Of a DNA stretch of 32,000 nt, positions 22,237 to 30,179 are shown piece by piece. The notes beneath the pieces are model-generated. The model did not search any database. It was not told the origin of the DNA and saw only the letters and a list, made by a program, of their open reading frames with translations. Both the position numbers and the translations under genes were made by a program. Position 1 is the stretch's first letter, and every line of letters starts with the position of its first letter. Origin of the DNA: Flavobacteriaceae bacterium (GTDB lineage Bacteria; Bacteroidota; Bacteroidia; Flavobacteriales; Flavobacteriaceae); the NCBI GenBank assembly GCA_965224465.1, contig OZ245049.1, forward strand, positions 4,350,001 through 4,382,000, written 5' to 3'.

Positions 22237-22364
22237 CTTGTTTGTAATAATCTATACGTAATTAGCAAAAGAGCTATCCGATTTGTATATAAATTACATA
22301 AAAAACACTAAATTCGCTATTACGAACACTTAACAACAATAATATTAAAATAGATAGATATACT

Positions 22365-23651
22365 ATGTCAGAAAAAGCGATTTTAGAAATAGATGGACAG
22401 AAATATGAATTCCCAATAATTAGAGGAACGGAAAATGAAGTTGCAATTGATTTAAAAGCTCTCAGAACTGCTACTGGAGGTGTAATAACTTTAGATCCAG
22501 GTTTTAAAAACACAGGGTCTTGTGCAAGTTCTATTACTTTTTTAGATGGAGAAAAAGGGATTTTAAGACATAGGGGATATGCTATCGAAGATTTAACAAA
22601 AAAAGCTAGTTTTTTGGAAGTAGCGTATTTAATTATTTTTGGAGAGTTACCTACCAAAGAGGAGTTTACTAAGTTTGATAATGACGTTAAAAAGGAAAGC
22701 CTTGTTAACGAAGAAATGAAGGGGATTGTAAATGGATTTCCTAAAAATGCTCATCCAATGGGAATGGTTGCTTCGCTTACAAGTGCGTTGACAGCTTTTA
22801 ATCCCAAATCTGTATATGTTGGTACTGAAGACGAAATGTATATTGCAATTGTAAAATTACTTGCAAAATTCCCGGTTTTAGCTGCCTGGTCTCATCGTAG
22901 AAATAAAGGGTTGCCTTTAAATTACGCAGATAACTCGTTGGATTATATTTCTAACATCATGCAAATGTTGTTTAAGTTGCCTACCGAAACTTATAAAATG
23001 AATCCTATTGCTGTTAAAGCAATGGACGAGTTGTTGATATTACACGAAGATCATGAACAAAACTGTTCTACGTCTACGGTTCGTATCTCTGGTTCATCCC
23101 ATGTTGGATTGTTTGCATCGGTTGCCACAGGTGTTTCTGCTCTTTGGGGAGAATTACACGGAGGTGCCAATCAAGCTGTTTTAGAAATGTTGGAAGCAAT
23201 TAAAGATGATGGAGGAGATGTCGAAAAATTCATAGCAAGAGCTAAAGATAAAAATGATCCATTCCGCCTAATGGGCTTTGGACATCGCGTATATAAAAAC
23301 TTTGATCCACGTGCCAAAATTATTAAAGAAGCATGTGACGAATTGTTTGAAGATTTAAATTTGAATGATCCTGTTTTGGACATCGCCAAACACCTAGAGG
23401 AAGTGGCATTAAAAGATGAATATTTTATAAAACGTAAATTGTTTCCAAATGTAGACTTCTATTCTGGAATTATATACCGTGCATTAGGAATACCAGTAGA
23501 AATGTTTACTGTTATGTTTGCTATTGGTCGCTTGCCAGGTTGGATTGCACAATGGAAAGAAATGCGTGAAAACCACGAGCCGATTGGGCGTCCGCGTCAA
23601 TTGTATATTGGTGAACCGTTACGTGCGTTTAAAGAATATGCTGATCGATAA
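22365..23651 (+). CDS. gltA: Citrate synthase (type II)
   Basis: 428 aa with LHEDHEQNCSTST, GFGHRVYKN.DPRA and DFYSGIIY. Confidence 0.97.
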   Translation: MSEKAILEIDGQKYEFPIIRGTENEVAIDLKALRTATGGVITLDPGFKNTGSCASSITFLDGEKGILRHRGYAIEDLTKKASFLEVAYLIIFGELPTKEEFTKFDNDVKKESLVNEEMKGIVNGFPKNAHPMGMVASLTSALTAFNPKSVYVGTEDEMYIAIVKLLAKFPVLAAWSHRRNKGLPLNYADNSLDYISNIMQMLFKLPTETYKMNPIAVKAMDELLILHEDHEQNCSTSTVRISGSSHVGLFASVATGVSALWGELHGGANQAVLEMLEAIKDDGGDVEKFIARAKDKNDPFRLMGFGHRVYKNFDPRAKIIKEACDELFEDLNLNDPVLDIAKHLEEVALKDEYFIKRKLFPNVDFYSGIIYRALGIPVEMFTVMFAIGRLPGWIAQWKEMRENHEPIGRPRQLYIGEPLRAFKEYADR

Positions 23652-23673
23652 TTTTTTTTAAAAAAAAGCTATA

Positions 23674-23699
23674 AAAACCTCATAGAAATATGAGGTTTT
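23674..23699 (+). terminator. Rho-independent terminator after gltA
   Basis: 11-bp stem AAAACCTCATA / TATGAGGTTTT with a GAAA loop, followed by a T-rich tail. Confidence 0.85.
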
Positions 23700-23701
23700 C
23701 T

Positions 23702-23709
23702 TATTTTTG
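23702..23709 (+). promoter_or_regulatory. -7 promoter motif TAttTTTG upstream of the DDAH-like gene
   Basis: Exact TAnnTTTG match 20 nt upstream of the ATG at 23730. Confidence 0.5.
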
Positions 23710-23729
23710 GACATACAACTCTAATACGA

Positions 23730-24644
23730 ATGATGGAATTAAACGTTACAAACGAAACTGCTAAATTAAAAGCAGTAGTGCTTGGAAGTGCAAGGAATAA
23801 TGGACAGCCCCCTCTGTTAGAGGATTGTTATGACCCTAAATCTAGGGAACACGTTATTGCAGGAACGTATCCTGTTGAATCAGATATGGTTCGCGAAATG
23901 GAGGCTGTTGCTGCAGTTTTTAAAAAATATGATATTACTGTCTACAGACCTATTGAAATAGAGGGTTACAATCAAATATTTGCAAGAGATATTGCTTTTG
24001 TGATTGATGACTATTTTATAAAATCTAATATTTTACCAGATCGAGAGAAAGAAATTGATGCTATTAAACACGTGATGGATCTTATAGATCCTACCAAAAT
24101 AATTAACTTACCAGATCTTGTTCATGTGGAAGGTGGTGATGTTATGCCTTGGAATGACTATCTTTTTATTGGAACATATACAGCAAAAGATTACCCTGAT
24201 TATATTACGGCAAGAACTAATAAACATGCGGTTGATTACCTGACAGAAATGTTTCCTAATAAAAAAGTTGTCTCTTTTGAATTGAAAAAATCAAATACGG
24301 AACCACGTGACAATGCATTGCATTTGGACTGCTGTTTTCAACCTGTAGGAACTGATAAAGCTATTATTTACAAAGGAGGATTTTTAGTAGAAAAGGAATA
24401 CCAGTTTTTAGTTGATTTATTTGGCGCTGAGAATGTTTTTGAAATTACAAGAGATGAAATGTATCATATGAATTCAAATGTGTTTTCTATTGCTCCAAAT
24501 GTTGTGATTTCTGAAAAGAATTTTACGCGACTTAACACTTGGTTGCGAAGTAAAGGAATAACTGTAGAGGAAGTGCCTTATGCGGAAATAGCAAAACAAG
24601 AAGGCTTGTTACGCTGCTCTACTTTGCCTTTAATCAGAGCGTAA
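23730..24644 (+). CDS. Amidinotransferase / dimethylarginine dimethylaminohydrolase-like enzyme (guanidino-group-modifying enzyme superfamily)
   Basis: 304 aa. FARD motif (IFARDIAFVID), HLDC (ALHLDCCF) and a C-terminal catalytic-type Cys (EGLLRCSTLPL), as in DDAH and arginine deiminase-fold enzymes. Confidence 0.75.
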   Translation: MMELNVTNETAKLKAVVLGSARNNGQPPLLEDCYDPKSREHVIAGTYPVESDMVREMEAVAAVFKKYDITVYRPIEIEGYNQIFARDIAFVIDDYFIKSNILPDREKEIDAIKHVMDLIDPTKIINLPDLVHVEGGDVMPWNDYLFIGTYTAKDYPDYITARTNKHAVDYLTEMFPNKKVVSFELKKSNTEPRDNALHLDCCFQPVGTDKAIIYKGGFLVEKEYQFLVDLFGAENVFEITRDEMYHMNSNVFSIAPNVVISEKNFTRLNTWLRSKGITVEEVPYAEIAKQEGLLRCSTLPLIRA

Positions 24645-24765
24645 ATAAATTAAAATAACAAGTGTAGGAAGGTCATTATTTCTTTTTAATACTTTAGTTG
24701 AAAGGGTGCGTGCAATGGAAACGATAAAGTTATTTTTATACTTTTATAGGTGATTTTATATCAAA

Positions 24766-24810
24766 TACATTTCCAAATGAAGGTTTAGAAATGTACTTGT
24801 TTTTTGTTTT
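24766..24810 (+). terminator. Weak terminator-like hairpin downstream of the DDAH-like gene
   Basis: 8-bp stem TACATTTC (24766-24773) / GAAATGTA (24788-24795) with a 14-nt loop, then CTTGTTTTTTGTTTT. The large loop and the 4-nt gap before the T-run make it marginal. Confidence 0.3.
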
Positions 24811-24920
24811 GGCTAGGCGAAAAGGGAAAGATAATTATAGCTATCGTTTTTTTTTTTAACAACGACAGCACGTAAAATAAACTAATTATATCGTTTGTTT
24901 TGGGTTGTAATGGGTGTTTA

Positions 24921-25793
24921 CTAGATTTTCTGAATCAGAGGGTTGAATGCTTTTGAAGCGACCAATACGGTGTCTCCAATGCTAAATTTGTCTATTTCGG
25001 AAGGCATCATTACCGTTTTTACAACCGTATTTGCAATTAAAATGGTGAGTACATAAATAACATCCTCTTTCTCTATCTTGATGATTTCTCCTGTAAATTG
25101 AAATTTTCCGCTGATTTTTTTTTGAGTAAAAACCGTCAATGGATCCCCTTGTTTTTCAATAATTCCATTTTTTAGAACATATATCTTATCTGACATTTTT
25201 ATGATTTCCCCAATATTATGACTGATCATAATAGTTGTCAGTTGGTATTTTTTGTGTACCATCAAAATATAATCCTGTAATTTGGATCGCATTTCGTGAT
25301 CTATGGCAGATAAAGGTTCGTCTAATAATAAAATGCGCGGTTTTTTTACAAGGGCTCTTGCTAATGCTACTCGTTGTTGTTGTCCTCCAGACAGCGAAGT
25401 TGGTTTTCTGTCTTGTAATTGTTCCAGTCCTATAATCGCTATCAATTCATTCACCATGCATTTAGACTGTCCTTTTTGTAAGGCAAATTCCAAGTTTTCT
25501 CTCACTGTCATATTCGGAAATAAAGCGTAATCTTGAAATACGATGCCAATATTCCTGTCTTGTGGTCTTATATGTTTTTTTGTCGTAGTATCATCCCATG
25601 TAATACCGTCAACACGTATGCTTCCTTTGTCTGGTTTTAACAAGCCAGAGAGCATGCGTAAAGTAGATGTTTTTCCAACTCCTGAAGCTCCGTATAATGT
25701 TGCAAATTCACCTTTTTTAATTTGAATATCTAGGTTTAAATTTAGGATTCCACTTGAGCTGTTTAATTGTTTTTGAATGGTTAAAAAAATCAT
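24921..25793 (-). CDS. modC: Molybdate ABC transporter ATP-binding protein with a C-terminal TOBE domain
   Basis: Walker A GASGVGKT, signature LSGGQQQR, Walker B ILLLDEP and a C-terminal beta-rich TOBE-like tail. Operon context with modA and modB. Confidence 0.85.
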   Translation of the reverse strand: MIFLTIQKQLNSSSGILNLNLDIQIKKGEFATLYGASGVGKTSTLRMLSGLLKPDKGSIRVDGITWDDTTTKKHIRPQDRNIGIVFQDYALFPNMTVRENLEFALQKGQSKCMVNELIAIIGLEQLQDRKPTSLSGGQQQRVALARALVKKPRILLLDEPLSAIDHEMRSKLQDYILMVHKKYQLTTIMISHNIGEIIKMSDKIYVLKNGIIEKQGDPLTVFTQKKISGKFQFTGEIIKIEKEDVIYVLTILIANTVVKTVMMPSEIDKFSIGDTVLVASKAFNPLIQKI

Positions 25794-26464
25794 TAAAATA
25801 CGTTTTTTATAGAGTTGTTTTTACGGAGGTAGACCAATAATAAAATGACAAATGTGATGCTAAATAAAATTAAAGAATAGGTGTTGGCAGCGTCGTAATT
25901 TAAAGATTCTACTTCGTCATAGATGGCGATGGAAGCTACCTTTGTTTTGTTGGGTATGTTTCCTCCTATCATTAAAACAACGCCAAATTCTCCAATAGTA
26001 TGTGCAAAAGACAATACTACTCCAGTAATCAAAGAAGGTGTTATATTGGGAAGTAGTACTTTAAATAGGGTTGTTAATTTTGATTTGCCTAATAGGCTAG
26101 ATGCTTCTATTAAATGAGTAGAGATACTGGAAAACCCTGCCTGAACTGGATGTACCATAAAAGGCAAACTATAAATTATAGAACCGATTATTAAGCCTTC
26201 AAATGAGAATATCAATTGGATTCCCAAATTGGTGTCCAACCATGCGCCAAAGCTATTTTGAGGACTGAAAGCAATTAGAAAATAAAATCCAAGTACCGTT
26301 GGAGGGAGTACCAAAGGCATGCTTACCAATGCTTCTATTACCGGTTTGAGTTTGTTTTTAGTATAAGCCAACCAATACGCAAGGGGAATCCCTATAATTA
26401 TGAGTAAGATAGCAGTAATACTTGCTAATTTAAATGTTAAAATAAGAGGAGACCAATCTATCAT
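25793..26464 (-). CDS. modB: Molybdate ABC transporter permease
   Basis: 223 aa with five to six TM segments and an EAA-type loop (EASSLLGKSKLTTLFKVLLP). The stop overlaps the modC start. Confidence 0.85.
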   Translation of the reverse strand: MIDWSPLILTFKLASITAILLIIIGIPLAYWLAYTKNKLKPVIEALVSMPLVLPPTVLGFYFLIAFSPQNSFGAWLDTNLGIQLIFSFEGLIIGSIIYSLPFMVHPVQAGFSSISTHLIEASSLLGKSKLTTLFKVLLPNITPSLITGVVLSFAHTIGEFGVVLMIGGNIPNKTKVASIAIYDEVESLNYDAANTYSLILFSITFVILLLVYLRKNNSIKNVF

Positions 26465-26859
26465 TTAGAAAGCATTATTTCGTTTGATTTTATCATTACC
26501 GTTACGGTGGTGTTTATGACTAAGTGTAATTGGTTTACCGCGTTTGTGGTGATCATAGAACTTATAATTCCTACATTTGTAGCTACTTCTAGTGTGCTTA
26601 AAATCACACCTTTATTTAGGCTTAAAATTGTTCCTCTGAATTTATTTTGAAGGCTCAAATTCTTATATTCACCTGTTCCTACCACGACCTCTGTTTCTTT
26701 AAAAAGCACCTGTACTATTGCTCCTGTTTTTATATAACTTGAAGATTCTGGGTTTTCAAGGACAATGCTTGTCACCTGAGAGCCTTGAACATCTATGCTC
26801 ACAATACTCACGCTTCCACTCGTTTGAATCTCCGTTATTTTTCCGTGTAAAATATTCAT
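26461..26859 (-). CDS. Tandem TOBE/Mop (molybdate-binding) domain protein
   Basis: 132 aa made of two ~65-aa Mop-like halves (NILHGKITEI...VQVLFKETEVVV and LQNKFRGTILSL...VTVMIKSNEIMLS). There is a 4-nt ATGA overlap with modB. Confidence 0.75.
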   Translation of the reverse strand: MNILHGKITEIQTSGSVSIVSIDVQGSQVTSIVLENPESSSYIKTGAIVQVLFKETEVVVGTGEYKNLSLQNKFRGTILSLNKGVILSTLEVATNVGIISSMITTNAVNQLHLVINTTVTVMIKSNEIMLSK

Positions 26860-26871
26860 TTATTAAAGGTA

Positions 26872-27624
26872 CTAAATTATATGGTAACCATATTTTTTTA
26901 AAATGTTTTTGGCTTTTGTTGATTGCATAAAATCAAAGAATTTCATGCTTGATTTTTTAGTGTTTAAGGGGATAATTCCTTGTGCAATTGGAGTGTATGA
27001 CTCTTTTGGTATTGTGATCCAACTTCCTTTATTTATTAAATGAGGAGTGTGTAATACAGAGGTACATGTAAAACCAATATCTACGTTTTTTGTCTGAATA
27101 AATTGATTGGTTTGAGAAACACTTTCTCCAGTTATAAAAGTGGCTGTTATGCGTGGTTTCAAAGAGTAAAATTCAAGAACTTCCTCTGTTGCAACACCAT
27201 AAGGAGCTGTTTTGGCATTGGAAATGGCAATGTGTTTTATAGAGGTAGATGTGAGTAACTCTAAGGAAGGGTGAATGTTTTTCTTACAGGTCCATAAGAT
27301 AAGTGTTCCGTATGCATAAATATAAGGTCTGATTGTTGCAAAGCCCTCATTATACAAGTCTGTTGGGAATTTTATATCGGCTGATACAAAAAGATCATAA
27401 GGTGCACCTGATTTTATCTGGGCGGTGAGTTTTCCTGAAGATGCTACTACCAATTGTGTCTGTATCCCTGTATGTTCTTCAAATGCAGTTTGTAAAGCTT
27501 TCATCGTAACTTTCATATTTGAAGCAGTAGCAATGGTCAATGGCTGCTTTTTTGGACTGTGGCACGAGAAGAAAAAAGCAATAAAAATAAAGTTTCTGAC
27601 ACTTTTAATGAAAAATGAATGCAT
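26872..27624 (-). CDS. modA: Molybdate ABC transporter periplasmic substrate-binding lipoprotein
   Basis: 250 aa. Signal peptide with lipobox FFFSC, SSG.L..QI..GAP.D.F.SAD and other ModA family features. First gene of the operon. Confidence 0.85.
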   Translation of the reverse strand: MHSFFIKSVRNFIFIAFFFSCHSPKKQPLTIATASNMKVTMKALQTAFEEHTGIQTQLVVASSGKLTAQIKSGAPYDLFVSADIKFPTDLYNEGFATIRPYIYAYGTLILWTCKKNIHPSLELLTSTSIKHIAISNAKTAPYGVATEEVLEFYSLKPRITATFITGESVSQTNQFIQTKNVDIGFTCTSVLHTPHLINKGSWITIPKESYTPIAQGIIPLNTKKSSMKFFDFMQSTKAKNILKKYGYHII

Positions 27625-27640
27625 ATTTTAAGTATAAGCA

Positions 27641-27648
27641 CAAATATA
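27641..27648 (-). promoter_or_regulatory. -7 promoter motif TAtaTTTG for the mod operon (minus strand)
   Basis: Plus-strand CAAATATA is the reverse complement of TATATTTG and lies 16 nt upstream of the modA ATG. Confidence 0.45.
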
Positions 27649-27744
27649 GGAAGTTAATTTTACTGTTCCTCTATTATTTATAGCGTTAAAAGTATAAAAA
27701 ATGGTATTATCTAGTTTTCGATGAGCTAGGTTGGTTGTTTTTAG

Positions 27745-27752
27745 TATTTTTG
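27745..27752 (+). promoter_or_regulatory. -7 promoter motif TAttTTTG upstream of the ctlX-like gene
   Basis: Exact TAnnTTTG match 28 nt upstream of the ATG at 27781. Confidence 0.45.
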
Positions 27753-27780
27753 CTCCATAACTAAATAACAGTTTTTAAGT

Positions 27781-28716
27781 ATGAACCAAACGACCAATAC
27801 GATTGTCATGATTCGCCCAGTTTCTTTTAGAATGAACGAACAAACGGCGGTAAATAATTATTACCAAAAAGTTCTAGAAGATCTATCTCCAGCTACCATT
27901 CAAGAAAAAGCATTGGCTGAGTTTGATGCTTTTGTTGCTCTATTAAGAGCAGAAGGAGTGGATGTAATTGTTATGGATGATACAAAAACTCCTGATACAC
28001 CAGATGCTATATTTCCTAATAACTGGATTTCTTTTCACGAAAATGGAACGGTAGCTTTATATCCTATGTTTGCAGAAAATCGCCGATTGGAACGTAGAGA
28101 AGACCTTTTGGAACTTCTAGAAGAAAAAGGATTTGTAATAGAGAATGTTATGGATTACACAGCAGCAGAAGACGAAAAAGTATTTTTGGAAGGGACAGGT
28201 AGTTTATTATTGGACCGTGTTAATAGAAAAGCCTATTGTGCTATTTCTCCACGAGCAGAGGAAGAATTATTTATAGAATTTTGTGAAGATTTTGAGTTTA
28301 CTCCAGTGCCTTTTGAATCGTATCAAACGGTAAATGAGAAGCGTTTGCCGATATATCATACCAATGTAATGATGTGTTTAGGTGAAAAATTTGCGGTAAT
28401 TTGTCTGGATAGTATTGATGACAAGAAAGAGCGTAAAATGGTAAAGATGCACTTAAAAGAAGATGGAAAGGAATTGATACTTATTACAGAAGACCAAGTG
28501 AATAATTTTGCTGGAAATATGTTGCAAATAAAAGGGAAGGACGATGAAGCGTTGCTTGTAATGTCTACAGCTGCCTTTACATGTTTGACGCAACATCAAA
28601 AGGTAATATTACAAAAACATTGTCGTATTGTATCTAGTTCTTTAGACGTAATTGAAGCCTGTGGAGGTGGAAGTGCGCGCTGTATGATGTCGGAAGTGTT
28701 TTTGCCAAGGCAATAG
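27781..28716 (+). CDS. ctlX: Arginine deiminase-related / citrulline-utilisation hydrolase (CtlX-like), guanidino-group-modifying enzyme superfamily
   Basis: 311 aa. N-terminus IVMIRPVSFRMNEQTAVNNYYQ, then IFPNNW, HTNVMM and the C-terminal catalytic Cys motif CGGGSARCMM. Confidence 0.72.
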   Translation: MNQTTNTIVMIRPVSFRMNEQTAVNNYYQKVLEDLSPATIQEKALAEFDAFVALLRAEGVDVIVMDDTKTPDTPDAIFPNNWISFHENGTVALYPMFAENRRLERREDLLELLEEKGFVIENVMDYTAAEDEKVFLEGTGSLLLDRVNRKAYCAISPRAEEELFIEFCEDFEFTPVPFESYQTVNEKRLPIYHTNVMMCLGEKFAVICLDSIDDKKERKMVKMHLKEDGKELILITEDQVNNFAGNMLQIKGKDDEALLVMSTAAFTCLTQHQKVILQKHCRIVSSSLDVIEACGGGSARCMMSEVFLPRQ

Positions 28717-28746
28717 TAATTAATAGTATTTATGTAAATTTAAACG

Positions 28747-29181
28747 ATGCTTTCTAAAAAAACAAAATACGGATTAAAGGCGCTTACTTATTTAGCCAAT
28801 AAAGACAAATCTATTCCAGTTTCAATAGCTGAAATATCCGAGGCTGAGAATATTTCGTTGAAATTTTTAGAAAGTATTCTATTAAGCCTGAAAAAAGCAG
28901 GCTTTTTATCTTCAAAAAAAGGAAAAGGTGGTGGCTATTATTTCCTAAAGAATCCAGATGAAGTTTCGGTCGCATCTATTATTCGTGTTTTAGAAGGACC
29001 TATTGCTATGTTACCTTGTGCAAGTTTAAACTATTACGAAAAATGTGAAGACTGCATGGATGAAACGATCTGTTGCCTTAATAATTTGATGATTGAAGTT
29101 AGAGATAGAACCTTAGAGATTCTTGAAAATAAATCTTTGGGTGATTTAATGAAAGAAGCATACAAACATAAACGTTCTTAA
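28747..29181 (+). CDS. Rrf2-family transcriptional regulator (Cys-rich, possibly Fe-S binding)
   Basis: 144 aa. LSKKTKYGLKALTYLA starts a winged-helix domain, followed by GKGGGY, then Cys91/100/103/109/110. Lies 30 nt after ctlX with no promoter motif between them. Confidence 0.85.
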   Translation: MLSKKTKYGLKALTYLANKDKSIPVSIAEISEAENISLKFLESILLSLKKAGFLSSKKGKGGGYYFLKNPDEVSVASIIRVLEGPIAMLPCASLNYYEKCEDCMDETICCLNNLMIEVRDRTLEILENKSLGDLMKEAYKHKRS

Positions 29182-29224
29182 AATTGTTTATCAAAGGCGT
29201 GTTTTCATAGGTTTAAAAAAGAAG

Positions 29225-29255
29225 TAAAAAAGCCAAGCCCATGATAGGACTTGGC
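29225..29255 (-). terminator. Terminator for the GIN-domain gene (minus strand); may also stop the convergent Rrf2 transcript
   Basis: GCCAAG (29232-37) / CTTGGC (29250-55) stem with two further GC pairs, followed on the minus strand by a T-run (plus-strand A-run 29226-29231). Confidence 0.65.
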
Positions 29256-29267
29256 GATAGAAAAGTA

Positions 29268-29990
29268 TTAATACTTGGATACGGAACCTCCAGAGGACGT
29301 ATCCTTATCAATTACTTTTGGGTTTCCTGCATAATCGATATCGCCACCACTACTAGCTTTTGCTGTAAGTGATTCAGATGCATATACATCCATATTGGCG
29401 CCGCTCGATACTTTGGCAGTGGTGTTTTCTGATTCCATGTTACTTGCGTAAATAGTACTTCCGCTACTTGCTTTGGCTTGAAAGAATGTTGTTGTTCCTT
29501 CTATTCTAATGTCTGCTCCGCTAGAGGTTTCGCATTGAATGTTTTGTGCTGTAATTTTTAATTTCATAGAACTACCACTACTTGCATCTAGTTCTAAATC
29601 ATCGGTTTTAACTGTGTTTCCTGTTTGTATACGAGCACCGCTAGAAGTAGCTAAATGTATAATTTTGGAAGTGTTTACATATACGTTTCTTGCAGCTGCT
29701 CGATACACATTTTTTTCAAGGAAAATATGCAGGGTATGGCCTTTTACTTCTGTTTTTAAAAGGTTTATGATATTCTCATCTGCCTCTACGTCTATGCGTT
29801 GTTCTGAACTTTGAGTAAGAAATACGTGTATACCTTGTCCTACATCAATCGCATCAAAAGGTGTTTCTATAGTACGCTGCTCTGAGCGTATATTTCCATT
29901 TCCTTTGATGCCCGTAAAACTATCAAATAAGCAGGAAGTGGTAGAAACTACTAGAATTACTAAGGCTATAATTTTTGTTGTTTTTTTCAT
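29268..29990 (-). CDS. Lipoprotein with a GIN / DUF2807 (putative adhesin-head, beta-helical) domain
   Basis: 240 aa. Signal peptide and lipobox VSTTSC (Cys20), then seven SSG-anchored repeats 18-21 residues apart. Confidence 0.75.
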   Translation of the reverse strand: MKKTTKIIALVILVVSTTSCLFDSFTGIKGNGNIRSEQRTIETPFDAIDVGQGIHVFLTQSSEQRIDVEADENIINLLKTEVKGHTLHIFLEKNVYRAAARNVYVNTSKIIHLATSSGARIQTGNTVKTDDLELDASSGSSMKLKITAQNIQCETSSGADIRIEGTTTFFQAKASSGSTIYASNMESENTTAKVSSGANMDVYASESLTAKASSGGDIDYAGNPKVIDKDTSSGGSVSKY

Positions 29991-30028
29991 AATAGAGTTG
30001 TTTAGTCTATGCTAGGTGTCCGTTATAC

Positions 30029-30036
30029 CAAATATA
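30029..30036 (-). promoter_or_regulatory. -7 promoter motif TAtaTTTG upstream of the GIN-domain gene (minus strand)
   Basis: Plus-strand CAAATATA lies 38 nt upstream of the ATG at 29990. Confidence 0.4.
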
Positions 30037-30179
30037 TTCCCAAGTGATGGTTTAGAATTGGTATTATTACACAAGACTCCATGATAGTTGATTTTTAATA
30101 TTTATGTAAAACTGTTCTTATTTGTCTGTTTTTTAAAATGTATAGTACCGAATTGTTGTTTTTTAAGGTTCAATTGTTA

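Noticed and set aside
22274-22657. 127-aa minus-strand ORF spanning the gltA start
   Set aside because: It overlaps the well-supported citrate synthase N-terminus and the eno-gltA spacer. It has no promoter motif or family signature.
24733-27700. Reading the 14-nt inverted repeat flanking the mod operon as transposon or IS terminal repeats
   Set aside because: There is no transposase, no target-site duplication that I can identify, and the repeat is low-complexity A/T. It is kept only as a weak hint of rearrangement in the mod-cassette finding.
27625-27780. Possible Moco riboswitch or ModE operator upstream of modA
   Set aside because: Only 16 nt lie between the -7 motif and the modA ATG, and the whole 156-bp divergent region is AT-rich without the GC-rich conserved Moco helices. 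Only a half-site-like TATAGCG is present, and no ModE gene is in view.
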